Of a stretch of 64,000 bases of DNA, positions 13,401-27,300 are shown piece after piece; the first letter of the stretch is position 1; every line of letters starts with the position of its first letter. The notes below the pieces were generated by a model. That model saw only the letters and a list, made by a program, of their open reading frames with translations. It was not told the origin of the DNA and searched no databases. The translations under genes were made by a program, and so were the position numbers. The stretch is from Paragordius varius (lineage: Eukaryota; Animalia; Nematomorpha): assembly GCA_964247055.1 (NCBI GenBank), contig OZ176050.1, positions 3,782,001 through 3,846,000 of the forward strand. The letters are read 5' to 3'.

Positions 13401-16400
13401 ACTTAAAAAAACGTGACATTATTAGTAAAACGCAAGTTTCAGCATTATTTTCACAATTCAATATCGCATAATATTTATTTAAGTAAAAAGTGGTCATGAC
13501 CATGGTCTGACTGGGTCTGACCGGACTTTTTTGTAAAAGCAGTCAAATGCACAACCTTATGCTTAACTAATTACATTTATGTTTTTTATACATTACCTAT
13601 TTTTTAAAATCATATATAGAATTAATTTAATTTAAATTTTTACCATATATATATATAAATACTAGAGTTGAAAATTTAATTCGCTCATGCTAAAATAATC
13701 CCGATTTTACCCATTTTTAGATATGTTAAAATAAAGTAATGCTTATATGTGCCGATTTTTGTTTCATTAAAATAAAATAAGTTATTTTTAGATTTATAAA
13801 ATCTTGTATATTGTTCCGCAAACTATGGTGTAATTCTATTATTTTTTTGATAACAGAAAAAGCTGCAAATATGGATGAAAATACGGAACAAAGCGTCGAT
13901 TATTTTAATGGCAGGTTTTATATATATTTCACATTATTTTTTTTGGTTTTTTCAAATACAATAAATTAAACAAATTTTGGGAGTTTCGGGTATTTAATAT
14001 AAATACGAAATGTTGATTCGCATTTAAATGCAAATTTATAAATTTTAGTTCTATAGTTTTTTAATTTCATATGACTTAATAATTTTATGTCACCTGTCTA
14101 TAATTCAACGCAATCACATTTGTAGTTGCCTCATTGAACAATATAATAATTTCCAACAATCACTTTTGGACAACTTCGCAAACATTTCCGTTATAACTGT
14201 GAAACAATTGCGAAATCATGGTAAATGTTTGATTAATTGATGTTAGTAAAGAAAAAATATTTTCTTTCCACATTTGAGGTAACTGCAATTATGAAAATTT
14301 TAAATAAAACTACGGTTTTTATGATTAGTCACACCTAAAACTAATAAGTTTTTTGGTAAATTGTTCAACCGTTTTTATTGTATTATACCGCTTTTTAGGT
14401 ACGAATAATTAAAATAAAAGGTTCAATTTTAATTAACAACGTTTTGGGATTTTAATTATTTTTTGTTGGAGTCTAGTACCCCCCTGTGGATTATTTTATG
14501 GGGCAGATTGTCATTTTTTTATAAAATATTTCCAGTAGTATTTACAGTAAGAAAAAATATTGATGAAAAAATACATATTATCTATCACAACACTAGACCA
14601 ATAATATTTCTTTAACTATAACAATTATTAATGAATAGTCATCAATGTATCTTGCTCCTACTGTAATTGTCGGTTTTAAAGCTTGTAGTAACTAACGGCC
14701 GTTAGTATTTTTTAAACAAAACTTCCTCCAATCGATTCTGTCATCGGCTTTCAAAGATAGTTTCTGTAGAGATGTTATAAAGAGGGATATTATAATTTCC
14801 TCGAATTAGTTATCCAAAGTAGCTGATTTTTTGGCTTGGCTTTTACGACATAGTGTTATTGTATATTGATTTTGTTTGGGATAACTTATTTTCATTTTGT
14901 CCTTTCATGTAATACGAATTAATTTGCTCCAGCAGAACAATTCGTATTGGTATAGCCAAATGCATTTTGGTTTCATTTAATATACGGGAATAAAAATTTG
15001 ATTAGTAAACGCGCTGATACTCCCTATCATGTTATACGGCTGCGAAAGTTGAAAACCATTAAGAACGATGATAAGAAAAGAGTAAATGCCTTTGAAATGT
15101 TCTGTTGGATGAAATTCTTTCTTATAACATACTGTGTTAAAATATTTAATTCGCATAATCGAATCATCACAATTTCAACACATATATAAATATATCATTG
15201 TTTAATATTGATAATATTATTATAGAGAATGAATGGATAAATACGGTAAAGATTTTGATTGAAAAGTTGAAGGCCTGTGAAAAATTGTTTGAAGGGATTC
15301 CCCTTCATTCGGCCATTAAATCCGCCGAGATCTTAGTTAAACGGTAAAATTTTGTTTTTTTAAAAAAAACTATTAGGCTAATTTTAACTATTAAATGCTA
15401 ATTTTATTTTTCATATTTGCGCTGAAAAAACACTCCTCTTTGATTAGGACCAATTAATTGACATAAATTACTTTTTGTGACTTTTAATACATGGTTCCAA
15501 AATTAGTGTAATTCAAATTTTACAAAGTTTTTAAGTTGAGATCAATTTGAATTAAATTTCATATTATAACGTTTTTAAGATTAAATGTCAGAATTAGTTT
15601 TTCTTAAGTCTTAGCTTATCTTTCACATTGAAATTTTTTTCAATATTTTATGCTGATTATTTAACAAAATGCTGGTAAATAATCTCAAAATTTGTATATC
15701 CCAAATTTTATTATTACGTGCTTTCTATACATTAGTTTGGACCAATACATTGAGTTGAATGCCTTTGTTGCCGAGGCTACACATTGGAAAGATTTAATAA
15801 ATATGGTGCTTGAACGATTGTATGGGCAAGAGTCTTGTCTTAAACAAGCCCTTACTTGCCTAGGTCGGAGCCTGGAATGGTACACTAAATTAGCCAAACT
15901 AGTCAAAGAGACTGATAATGTAATATATTTTTTTTGAATATAACTCTGTGGTATTATTTGGGTTTTTTACATTTGTAAAATTGTATAACAAATTTTAAGG
16001 AACTTATTTTAAGGGTTGAGTTATTTATTTAATTCAATCTGAGATTTTTTAACGCAAATGAATGATGCTCTAAAATTATTTTCCCTTCTTAATAAAATTT
16101 TAGCAAAATATTGTAAAAAATGATTTTTGTCAAATATATTATTAATGCGACAAAATATTGTCTCTCTGTTATAGTTAATCTTTTAGTATGATAAAATTAT
16201 GCTTTTTCTTTCAATTCAAATAGATTGATAAATTCACATTTGATATTGGTAGTAAACATTCTGATAAAATCATATTTTTATATTGTATAGGTTGAAACAT
16301 GGATGAAATTAACATGGGCCAATTTCGCCCATAAATTAGAAGTTGGTACATGTTCCAAATCTGCCTTATTAACGTACAATCGATTCAAAACTTTCTTTAC

Positions 16401-19400
16401 TACGTGTTTGGTAATTATATTATACTATCTATATATACGATTTTTAAACTAAGCATAACTGAATCGAATATATTAATATATGCAATAATTTAATTATCTT
16501 TTATGGGCCTATTGTTTAATTTTAATAATATTTTTTAAAATAAAGTTTATTTAGAAAACTAATTTTCCCATACATTTTTATAATATGCCCAGTTTTGAAA
16601 ATCAATTTCATACACAAAAACCATTAAATTTACACGGTAATATCCTATTACTATAATTTTATTTTAAATTCTATCTTTAATATCGGAGTAACCATTTAAA
16701 TTTATATATGAATTAGGGTTTCTGGAGTTCATATATATGTGTATTCTATATAAAAAAAATCATATTGCGTCGATTTTAAGAAAAAACCATGCGCATATGC
16801 AGCGCTATTTAAATTTTTACAAAGCTCATAAACATTTTGATATTGTTTATGGTTGAATAAAGCTTTTGAGTGAATTAAAAAAATTTTGGTTGATGATACG
16901 CCATAATTAGTTTGCAAATGGGTTTAATAAATTATGTTAGATGTCTAAATACGACAAAATACTCAATAAATATTTAAGAGTTATAAATTGTTAATGGTGC
17001 CTAATCCATATATTTACCAATGTTAATCAAAATACTTTTTATTCACTTGCAATTTTTTAACACTAGTCGACAAATTTGGACAATTTTGAGCACCACCACT
17101 CAAACTTTTAAATTATAACTAATATTAGTGTTTTAAAACCGAATCTGAAAAATTATTTGATCCCGCCAATCAGAATTTTGAAATATTATAGGTTTTTCAA
17201 TTTTCTAAAAACAAGAGAAAATCGAGAGAAAATTAAATATAACTTTATAATAAAATGTTATTATATTATAAACTTAATATCATTTAATAAAGCGTTTTAA
17301 ACTCTATCTTTTGAATATATATATGTCATTAAAATATCAGAGAGAAAAAAATAGTACGGACTTAAACGTCAAAATTTAGTCGTTTTTTTTCAAGTGAATT
17401 ATTAACAAATATAAAATTTTTTAAAAAATATACTAAAAAAGGCATTCTATGGTTTAAACCTTCGGCTTTCAGATAGGTTATATTTTTTTTGTTAGATTTC
17501 GTTCTTTCAAGTACTTATTAGACTTTTTCTCTTGAGTTGGTTCTTATCAAAAATCTTTTATTTATACCTAGTGGATATACCTTATTTTTTTAAAATTATT
17601 GGTTGTTTTGTATTTTGAATATCAGATGGATGTTGTGTAGCCACTTTTAGTAGAATTTACTGTTATGGGATTGGACCATTTTTATTTATTTAATTTATAT
17701 TCAATTTAATTGTAGAAATTATCTAACTTTATTCTGTAAATTGGTTAATTTGACATGTCAATTTGCCTGGATTTTGCTTGCAAGTCTCTTTTATCGGACT
17801 TTACGATTACTTATTGTTATCTTTGCCACATCTGGTATAATTATAGGATAGCTTGGGGGATATGCAGAGCTTGTGCAGCCGCCCGGATCTATCACACTAT
17901 ACATAAGCCCTTTTAGATTTTTAACACTTTGGCTCTTAGCTTGTTTAGTATCTTATTTAATGCCTAGAATTTTGTTATTCATGCATGGAATATTACTTGT
18001 ATCGACTTGTTCGTTTGAATATTTAAACATATATACACGAGGAATGATTGTTATTTTTAAATTAAATGCAAATTTAAAAATTAAATTTCGGAAAAATTCT
18101 ATTGGTGGCCTCAATTTTCTTTTTTGTTTTGGCCTTTCCATGCCATTAGGTATCAGAAAATGCAAAAATAATGGGGTGGTGCAAAACCTTGTTGAGCAGT
18201 GTAATCTTAGATCCTTAATTTTCTTCTTAAACTCATACATTGTTTAAGCGTAACTTCATTTAAATTAATATACCAAAACAATGATTATAACTTATATTTG
18301 ATGAATTTTTACAAGTATTTTGCTTGATTTATATGTCATTTACAAACTTGAAAACTGTTTACCAAAAATTTTAATTGAAACTAATTTAATGCATTAGAAT
18401 TGGTTTTTTAACCAAATAAGATCCGTAGCGATACCAAACATAAATGTATAAGTGTTTTATAAAAAATTGTTTCAAATTTAGACAGAAATTATTTACAAAA
18501 TTAAACATTCTATCATTAGAATTGTCCACTTAAACTCGATAAGATCCGGAGTGATGCAAAACAACTTATACATGCAACACATTCGATTGAGATGTTGGCT
18601 AAAACTTTGAATAACAATAAAAACAATAACTCTGAAAATTGTTTTGACACTATTCTTCATGATACTTTTTCTTCGAATGATAACAAGGAAAGAAACGACT
18701 TTGTTGTTTTACAAAAGTTGCACACATTTTTAGTTAACACAGAGAAGGGTGGACCCTTAGTTGATTACACAGTTTCAAGGGTTAATTCAGGATGGGCTTT
18801 TTTTACTGCGGGTTTACATCGCCATTTGCAAATTGTTGAACATAGTCGAGACTTTCACAAAAAATGGGAGGAGGTAATATTTTATATACTTATTGACAAA
18901 AATTTAATTATGATTTTGTTATATAAATTTCTTAGAAATTTAATTAAAAAAATATTTATTTGTTCTGCCTTTATAAAGTTATGTTCAATGAATATTTATT
19001 AAATATATAAATTCACATTTTGCTCAGTATATATGCTCTGCAAGTTATTTAAAGCTCTTTTCACCAGTCTTAATAATTAACGGTCTAATCATTCATAAAT
19101 CCAGTCATCTTGGTGATAAACAATTAATTTCTCTTAGAGTTTATAGCCCTAATTACGTTATTTTACAAATAATAAATTAATTAGTTACATATTTTTGTTA
19201 TTTCACAACTTTAACCATATTTTGATTGATTAATTATATATAGATGCGATCATGCCGATCTTTTCAAACCAAATCCAATTTTGAATATTCTCACATATTT
19301 TTATTATTGATTTTAGTATAACAATGCCCTACCCGCTTTATATGTTCAACGCTGTTTTGTCTCATCTCCCACAACTGACGATGTTATTAATTCCAACAAT

Positions 19401-21259
19401 CTTAATTCTTTCAACAATAATATTTTGAATAGTGGATTAGAAAATGATAGTTTATGTTCATCTATGATATCTTCATACACCAATAAGGATGAATGTAGTA
19501 TCATGGGAAAAGATGTCAGCAGTAGTGCAAATACTATGATAACTTCTTTGTAATTTTTAGTGCTGTTTTTTTAAATTTTGGTTATTTTTTTACTATAAAA
19601 TACTTTATTAGCTTAAAGGTTCTTAGTTATTTCGTAGAGGAATTTGTTATATGTTAATAAGCATTAAGTTTTTCCATCCAATGTACAATTTATAACTAAA
19701 AATATATCCTTTTTGCTTACACTTTTTTATACTGCGTCAAAAGACATTAATAGCCGTTAAGTTGAATTTTACGTTTGGGAAACTTACTAAAAAATTTCCC
19801 ACAGATTTTTAAACGCCATTTATGGCATTAATATTGTTCGTCTAATAAATATAAGTCTCTAAATCTAAAAAATATATTTGTAAGATTAAAATTGTTTGAT
19901 AGAAATTTCAAAAGTACCAGCAAATCGAATGATGAGAATGGACACAACACAACAATGAGTGAGTCTAGCAGACTGAATAACAACACCATTATTTTAGATT
20001 ATGATTCTGAAGCCAGTGAAATTCGAGAATCACTTGTAAAACTTCGAAATTTGGTCGATCAAATTACAGGCATTTATATGGAGGTAAGTCTGATATTTAA
20101 AATTTTATTATATAATTCATTTATTTGCATTTAAACAAATGTTTTTTTATTAGTTTGTGAGTGTATTAATTTAAATTTTTTATTGTTCATGGTACTTTGC
20201 AATTATTGTTTATGAATTTTGTAATTAAATTTTATATATTATTTTAATATATTAAGGTAGATATAAATTTAATGGCATTTAAATCTAATCTATATTAATC
20301 TAAATTCCTTTTTTCAAGCATAAATGACAATGTTTTATATTAAAAAAATTATCATTACAAAATCTATTAAATAACTCTCGGTTGTAAATGACCCCTAAAG
20401 TTGGAAAGCGAAAGATACTAAAAATATAAAGAAAAATATTTTTTTCAAAAGACAACCAAATTTTCCTTAAACATTTATATAGATTATTTGATTACAATTG
20501 TAAAATATATAGTTGATTGTGTTACCAATATAAATCTGTTTTTTTAAAAAAATGATTTATAATAAAATAAAGATTAAAAAAATATGGTTCTGTCTTTTAA
20601 AAAAAATATTTGCCTTTATATTTCTACGTTTATGTACGTATAATTTCAATTCCATTATAGGCAAATCTCATTGCTCAATCCATGTTAGTTCTAATGCAAA
20701 CAGCTAATGATGACTCGTCTACTTCAAAGCCTTATAATCATTTATCATCGCCTGGAAAAGTTAGTAAAACACCTTTGGAACCGCTTGATTATCAAAGAAT
20801 TCAGGCTCATATATTATCTATAAGGTTATTATATTTATTTCTTAATCCCTAATATTTAAATTTTTTATTTATTAAAAGATTTTTTTCACATGTCCTTTTG
20901 CCACCTACCCGTGGTGTTGGTTAGGGCCTAAAATGCGCTAACGGTAAGTCCAGTTACTAATGATATATAAAATCATTAATTGTACACAAGGGCATGTATT
21001 ACGTAAAAAAATCGCCTCAAATTACCACCAAGTATAAATATTATGAATATGAATTACTTCCGAAAACTCGAATCCTGAGTCCTACTCTTTATGGTGAAAG
21101 CCAACTTTTTGTCCTAAAGATTGTTAGCTCTAAAATTATTTGTCTGTGAAAAAAAATATTTTTTTTAATTGGAAATATGTTTTTGAATGATAAAAATTAT
21201 TTTTATGCGAAAAGATAGTCTTTTGAAGAAAAATGATTGTCATTTACATGTTTGTGTAA

Positions 21260-21305
<46 letters not shown>

Positions 21306-24300
21306 TAAATTAAACATTTAATGTAAAACTTTTGAGGTTTATGTTATGTTATTTTTATTAGAGATAAAATGGAGAAAAAACAAGGGCATGCCATTGAACA
21401 CGAGAATAGTCAAGCTAATAAACGGAAATCAGAGTTACAAACTCTCATGAGACATTACTTATTTAAGCAGGATGTTAAACATGTAAGTATAATTTGATAC
21501 AGACACATTACTCTATATACAGACAAAAGGTAAAAACATAAAGACACATTTTTTTGCAAAAGATCGCTATATATTTATACCTAAATTTTCCCACATAAAC
21601 TTACTATTTCCCACATAAACTTACAATGTAATATCATAAAATTAATGTCTTAAAATTTTCATACCTATCGCTATTTTTCAATCCAAAATGATAGGTGATA
21701 TCTAAAAAATTAATCTTAAATAATATGGTAGTTTTTTTAATTGTATAATTTTAGGTTTCCTGTAAATCTGCACATATTTTTAATGTATATCATAATGTTT
21801 TTGTCTAATATGATTAATATGTTTGCGCCGTTTTCCAATAATTGAATATACAGTAAAAATTATTAAAAGACACATATTTTTAAAAAAAGCGCTATATTTA
21901 ACATATATTGAATGTTAAATATGGATGACACACTAAATTATATATTTTAAAGTTCTAATTAGGTAGTTTTAGTAGAAATTTTTAAGGCTTAAACGAATTG
22001 ATCGTTTTAAATATGGTTAACGGGTTTGTATAATTTTAATTTGTATTACTTAATTTTTTTGGTAATATAAAACTTTTACCACTATTCTTTATTGTATCCT
22101 ATTGTTTTTATGTCATTCGTCTAAGATGTCTGCGGCGTTTTGTGATAACTAAATTTATAAAATATAGGAAACCTTTTTCGTGTTATTGACCTAAAAATTT
22201 TTATAAAATTTCTGCTTCAAAATTTTGATTATATACTTTTTACTATTCTGAGTCCATTAATATTTGAGTCAATTTATATTTAATTTTTAAATTATTATTA
22301 AAATCACCCATCTGTAGATCCAACTTTTGCATTTAATACATTATAACATTTTTATTTTTACACATTATAATAATAAGTAAATGAATCTCCTTTATTTATA
22401 TTTGTTTTTCCAAGTAATTACCAAAATGGCTGATAAAATCCGTATTTTCTAATTTTTTCACAATATATTTTGTGTTTTTATCATATACATAGGTGTTTGA
22501 ATGGATTGTAAATCATGGCAACGGTTACCTTGAGAAAAAAACGAGCGTTGGTCGAAGCCTTTCACGCGCTAAAATTTTGCTAAAAAATCACAATCTTTTT
22601 GAACAAATTGCTCAGGTTTATAAAACAAAAGAATGTGTAATTATAATTTTTGGATAAAAACATTAATTTTAAACAAATGATATTTTAAACCTTGTAACCC
22701 TCAATATAAAAAGATATTTATACAGTTTGAAAAATGCGGATATTACCAATTTACATGTATATTCCTTATTTCGTAACTCAGATCGATAGGTTATAATAAT
22801 GATATTTTATTTAATTTTTATTTGTTTCATAATTTTTTTATTTTCATGTTTTGTTTTATAATTCTTAATTTTTATTATATAACTAAATTATATTTTTGGC
22901 CATTCACTTTAGAATACTTACACAAATAGTCAAAAATTATTGGTTGCTAGCTCTAAACTCCTCATAAACGAAGAAATGTTGGATGATTCAACAATTTCAG
23001 GCATATATTTAATTACACACATTTGGTTCAAAGCTCAATATTATTATTATATAACTGCTAAGGGGTTAAAATTTACCATAATTAGACAAAACTTACATAT
23101 TAATCGACTATTTATAATTGATAATTCACCCCTGATCATTTTTATTTAACCCTTAAATATTCGTATTCTGTATTATAGGTATATATACATTATATATATT
23201 AAAAAAACTAATAAATAATAAATAATAATCTAAATATTTTGATATTCAAAAAAAATTACAATTAAACCAAATAGAGTTTTTAAACAAACAAATAATAACG
23301 TATGCCAAAATATATATTATTTTAATTATGAGGTGATCAGCCTACACAAATATATAAGGGTTCAAATTGATATGTTAAGGTGATTAAGGTATATGGTATA
23401 TATAACTGTGCTAAGGGCCTTAAAATTAAAATAAATTTACAAAATAGTAAGAAAATCAATCTTAAAATAATTTTAACCTATTTATTTAATAGATGTGTGG
23501 AATATGAGCGCATCCGTTCATAAACGAGAAAATGAAGCAATCCTTCAAATAACGGAAAAACTCAAGGAAGCCGTTTCAAAGTTATATGGAGCGGTGACTG
23601 AACGAAAAATTGCTCTGGAGTTGGCTGTCGATTTTTACGCTAAAATTGATGTTGTAAGTACTTTTATGCAATTTAACTTAACATTAAAAATTAATCAATA
23701 TGCCATGATTTCCTTATATTGGGTATACAAAATACTCTAATGTAAGGGGATATTGCTATTTGTATTAATAAAACTTGAGGAAGTGTAATTTTGGAGTAAC
23801 TTAGCTTATTCATTAGCTAAATATATAAAATCATCCATGATAAACGGTTGTTAACTAATTGTAAATTATAATCTTTAAAGTTACGGTAATTTTTTATATT
23901 GTTTTATGTTTGACGGTAAAGTTATTAAAATTTAATCCAAGTGATAAATTATGCTGTAATATCATACCTTTTTCATTAGATGTTTCTAGAATTTTATAAT
24001 TGCTACTGACTTTGTTTAATTATTTGATTATATTAAATTGTAATTTGGAGTGATATTGGGCCTGCTGAATAAAAACAAGCACCTACTGGGTAGTAGGTTG
24101 ATAGTATGTACCAGTTTTTGAAAAAACATTGAATAAAAATAGGTACTTACTATCATGTACGTACTTAAGTCTTTAGTATGTGTAAAATGTTTATTTTCAT
24201 TTTGTTTTTTTTTAGTTTTTGATTTCATTCATAAAATGCGTTTGAAAAATTCATAAAGAAAATTAGAAAGTCTAACTTTTGGAAAATTAATATCGATTAT

Positions 24301-27300
24301 CTACCCATATTTTTAAATAATGCATTTATTAATACACATTTATTCATAACACAAAAAATAAATCAAAATAATGTTTGAATTGAATCTCGTTTCATTTTGC
24401 CAGCCTTGAGTATTTGGGTTAGATCAATATTTGCTTCACAATCCTCCTCATATTCAATATCAAAATATGAATTACTATTAAAATCTGTTAAGGGTTTTAA
24501 TATATTTGGATACATTATGTAATATGGAACATGTTAATATAAGTTTTGGGATTCGTTCTAGACTTAAACGAATTTCGTTACCAAGTATAGGAAATCGGGT
24601 CTTCATCTGACCGAAAACCCGCGCTCGATAATGCTTCTTTCAGAACAATGTAATTTATTGAATATTTTCTGTTATCGATCATCGTATTTTTGAAGGGGGT
24701 TAGGAGCCAGGATGATAGAATAGTGGATATCCATTATCACCTAACAAACAGAAATCATTTTGTTTGCACATCTATGACTGAACAATCGTGTTTCGCCATA
24801 TCCTTGAATCATGGCCATTGTGCATCCACAGATGTAATTTATTCATTGGCATTACATGTAAATTGTACATTGAGGGTACATCAACCCTTTCTATTTATAT
24901 AGGCCTCAACATTTTCTTTAGGTCTTAATATTTCAAAGTATGAACAATCAATGCAACCAATAGCAGTTGGCAGTTTATATTTGGATAGCCATAGTTTATT
25001 CGCAATATTGAGCTCTTCAAATGACTTGGGAAATTTTATCCATTAATGAGATTTTGATATTATTTCGTCCATAAATTTAGGTATAGTTTTGCATAATGTG
25101 GAACTATGTACAAGGTTAAATTTATAATTCACAAAATATATACCAAATATCAATACGAATAATATCATATTAACTCGATCATTATGGATGATATAAATCC
25201 TCCAAATGAAAGAATCTAAATTAAAGAAATATTTAATTTTTAACCAAAATATGAAAAGGTCATTTTATCTTAGTCATAACTCGAATTTGAATAAATCGGT
25301 GGTTTTTTATATAGAAAATAGCTTCATTCAAAAATATTCACTCAAATATATAAAATTTAAATGTTTATAAAATAAAATTAAGGTCATTATAAAGTATATA
25401 AACTCAAATATTTTACATAAAAATGAAATAATCGAAGAAAATGATATGATTGTGGACATTCTTGAAAAAAAACCAATATTTTTTAACAAAAGTATTATTC
25501 TCTGCAAATTGAACTCACAAAGCTTAAAATAGAGAAGAAAAAAATATTAATAATAAAACTAATAATATTTAATTAATATATTAATAAGTTTATATATATA
25601 TATATATATATATGAATCAAGTAAATTAAAAAAACATTTATCTTATAAATTTTATAAAAATATAACCGATATTATTTTAAGTGAAAAAATAGTAGTTTAA
25701 AATGTTGCCATTTACCAGCTTAAAAAAAACCAGTAAGTACTAGGTAAAATTTGTAAAAAGACAATTTTTATTCAATGATATTTGTCAGTAAATACTGGTA
25801 AACATAGTACGTACTGGATAGTAAAAGCAATATATTTTTTTATTCAATACATAGCAAGTATATACTGGAAAAAACCTAGTTTTTAGTATATACTAGCTTT
25901 TATTCAGCAGGCCCATTATGCCTTACCTTTGTTAATTTGAACCCCTTAAAATTTTCGATCCTAAAAACTGTATGCATTACGGTTTTATAAGGTATCGCAA
26001 TTTAACTAAAATTTTAAAACTAATTCCATTTTTCTACAATTTTCTATACTAGCTTAAATATATTTTTTTAGATAATTGTATGGTTCAAAGATATGATTGC
26101 CTACTTTCAAGCCTACAGTTTGGCCGATTGCAAAGAAGAATTTATTGAAGATGTGTTGAGACAACATTCACAACGATACGCTTCGTTAATTGATACGGCT
26201 GACCGTTTGTTACAGATTGCTAAAAAATTGTGCACTTATATGGGGTTCATTTTTTTTCATATCCATTTTGGATTTTATTGTTTTAGCTTTTTTTCAGTTT
26301 TTTTTCAGTATGAGTTAGTACGTATACATTGCTAGTTTTTCATTGATTATTGCCAGATAGTACATAGAGAGCAAAGGGATATATTATTGGTTTTAAGTTA
26401 ATTTTTTTGCTTTAAATAATGCTCCTTACTTTAATGCTATCTGGGAATTAATTGAAAACCAGCAATGTATATTTAGTCATTTAATATTTATATATATATA
26501 CCATTTACAGTTCAAATTCAACCTCGAACAATTCAAATTCACCCTAAAAATAAATTATGTGTTTTCGAACTAATATAACTCAGTATTAATATAAAATATA
26601 TCTTTTTGGCATAATTTATTATTTTTTCCCTATTATTTTAATTTATGAAAATATATAAAAATATAAGTAATTATTAATCTTAAAAAAATTTATTTGAGGG
26701 TGAAATCGAATTGTTCAAGATCAATGTGAATTGATTAAGGGTTAATTTTAATTGTAAATGGTATATAATTAATGTTTTTACTGTACTAATTTGGGGCGTT
26801 TCTAATAATTTTTTTTAACATTAAAAATTAGTAACTATTTTATTTTTAATCACTATATTCCATTTTTTATTATAGATATAGTTTAATTTTAGTAAACAAA
26901 AATTTAAATTTGAAGAAATGCGATTATTGCTGAATTTACATGATCCATATAAAATATTACAAACACTTCCAAAAAAATATTTATTGTGTTTTTATTAATT
27001 GTTTCACGCAGGAAAAATGGGGTAAGTTTGGTGAATGATCCAACAGGATCTTATACAACCATAACCAAATATGCCCATGAAATCGAACGCTTTAAATTAC
27101 AAACCAATGACTTGTGGAATAAACATGAATTCAAACTGTTAACTACGCATAAATTTCAAATCTTTGAACGAGATTCTTTTGAAGTAATTTTGTAATTTGT
27201 TTTTGTTTCTGAAAATATTTTGGTTGCAGATATTACTTCAATGATATAATAAGTTTTAAACATTTAGCCCGTTAAGTTCAGTAATTGAACAAATTTTTTT

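Noticed and set aside
13792-13856. Extra Trio mini-exon plus a 27-29-nt intron before exon 7
   Set aside because: Every phase-compatible combination creates a stop (G|AT TTA TAA or T|AA).
21050-21115. Minus-strand TTGGCTTTCACC..AGGATTCGAGT, tRNA-like
   Set aside because: Stems do not pair; cannot support a tRNA or SINE call.
23055-23160. TTAACCCTT / AAGGGGTTAA piggyBac-like ends
   Set aside because: The ends face outward and I could not pair them with partners; such motifs arise easily in AT-rich DNA.
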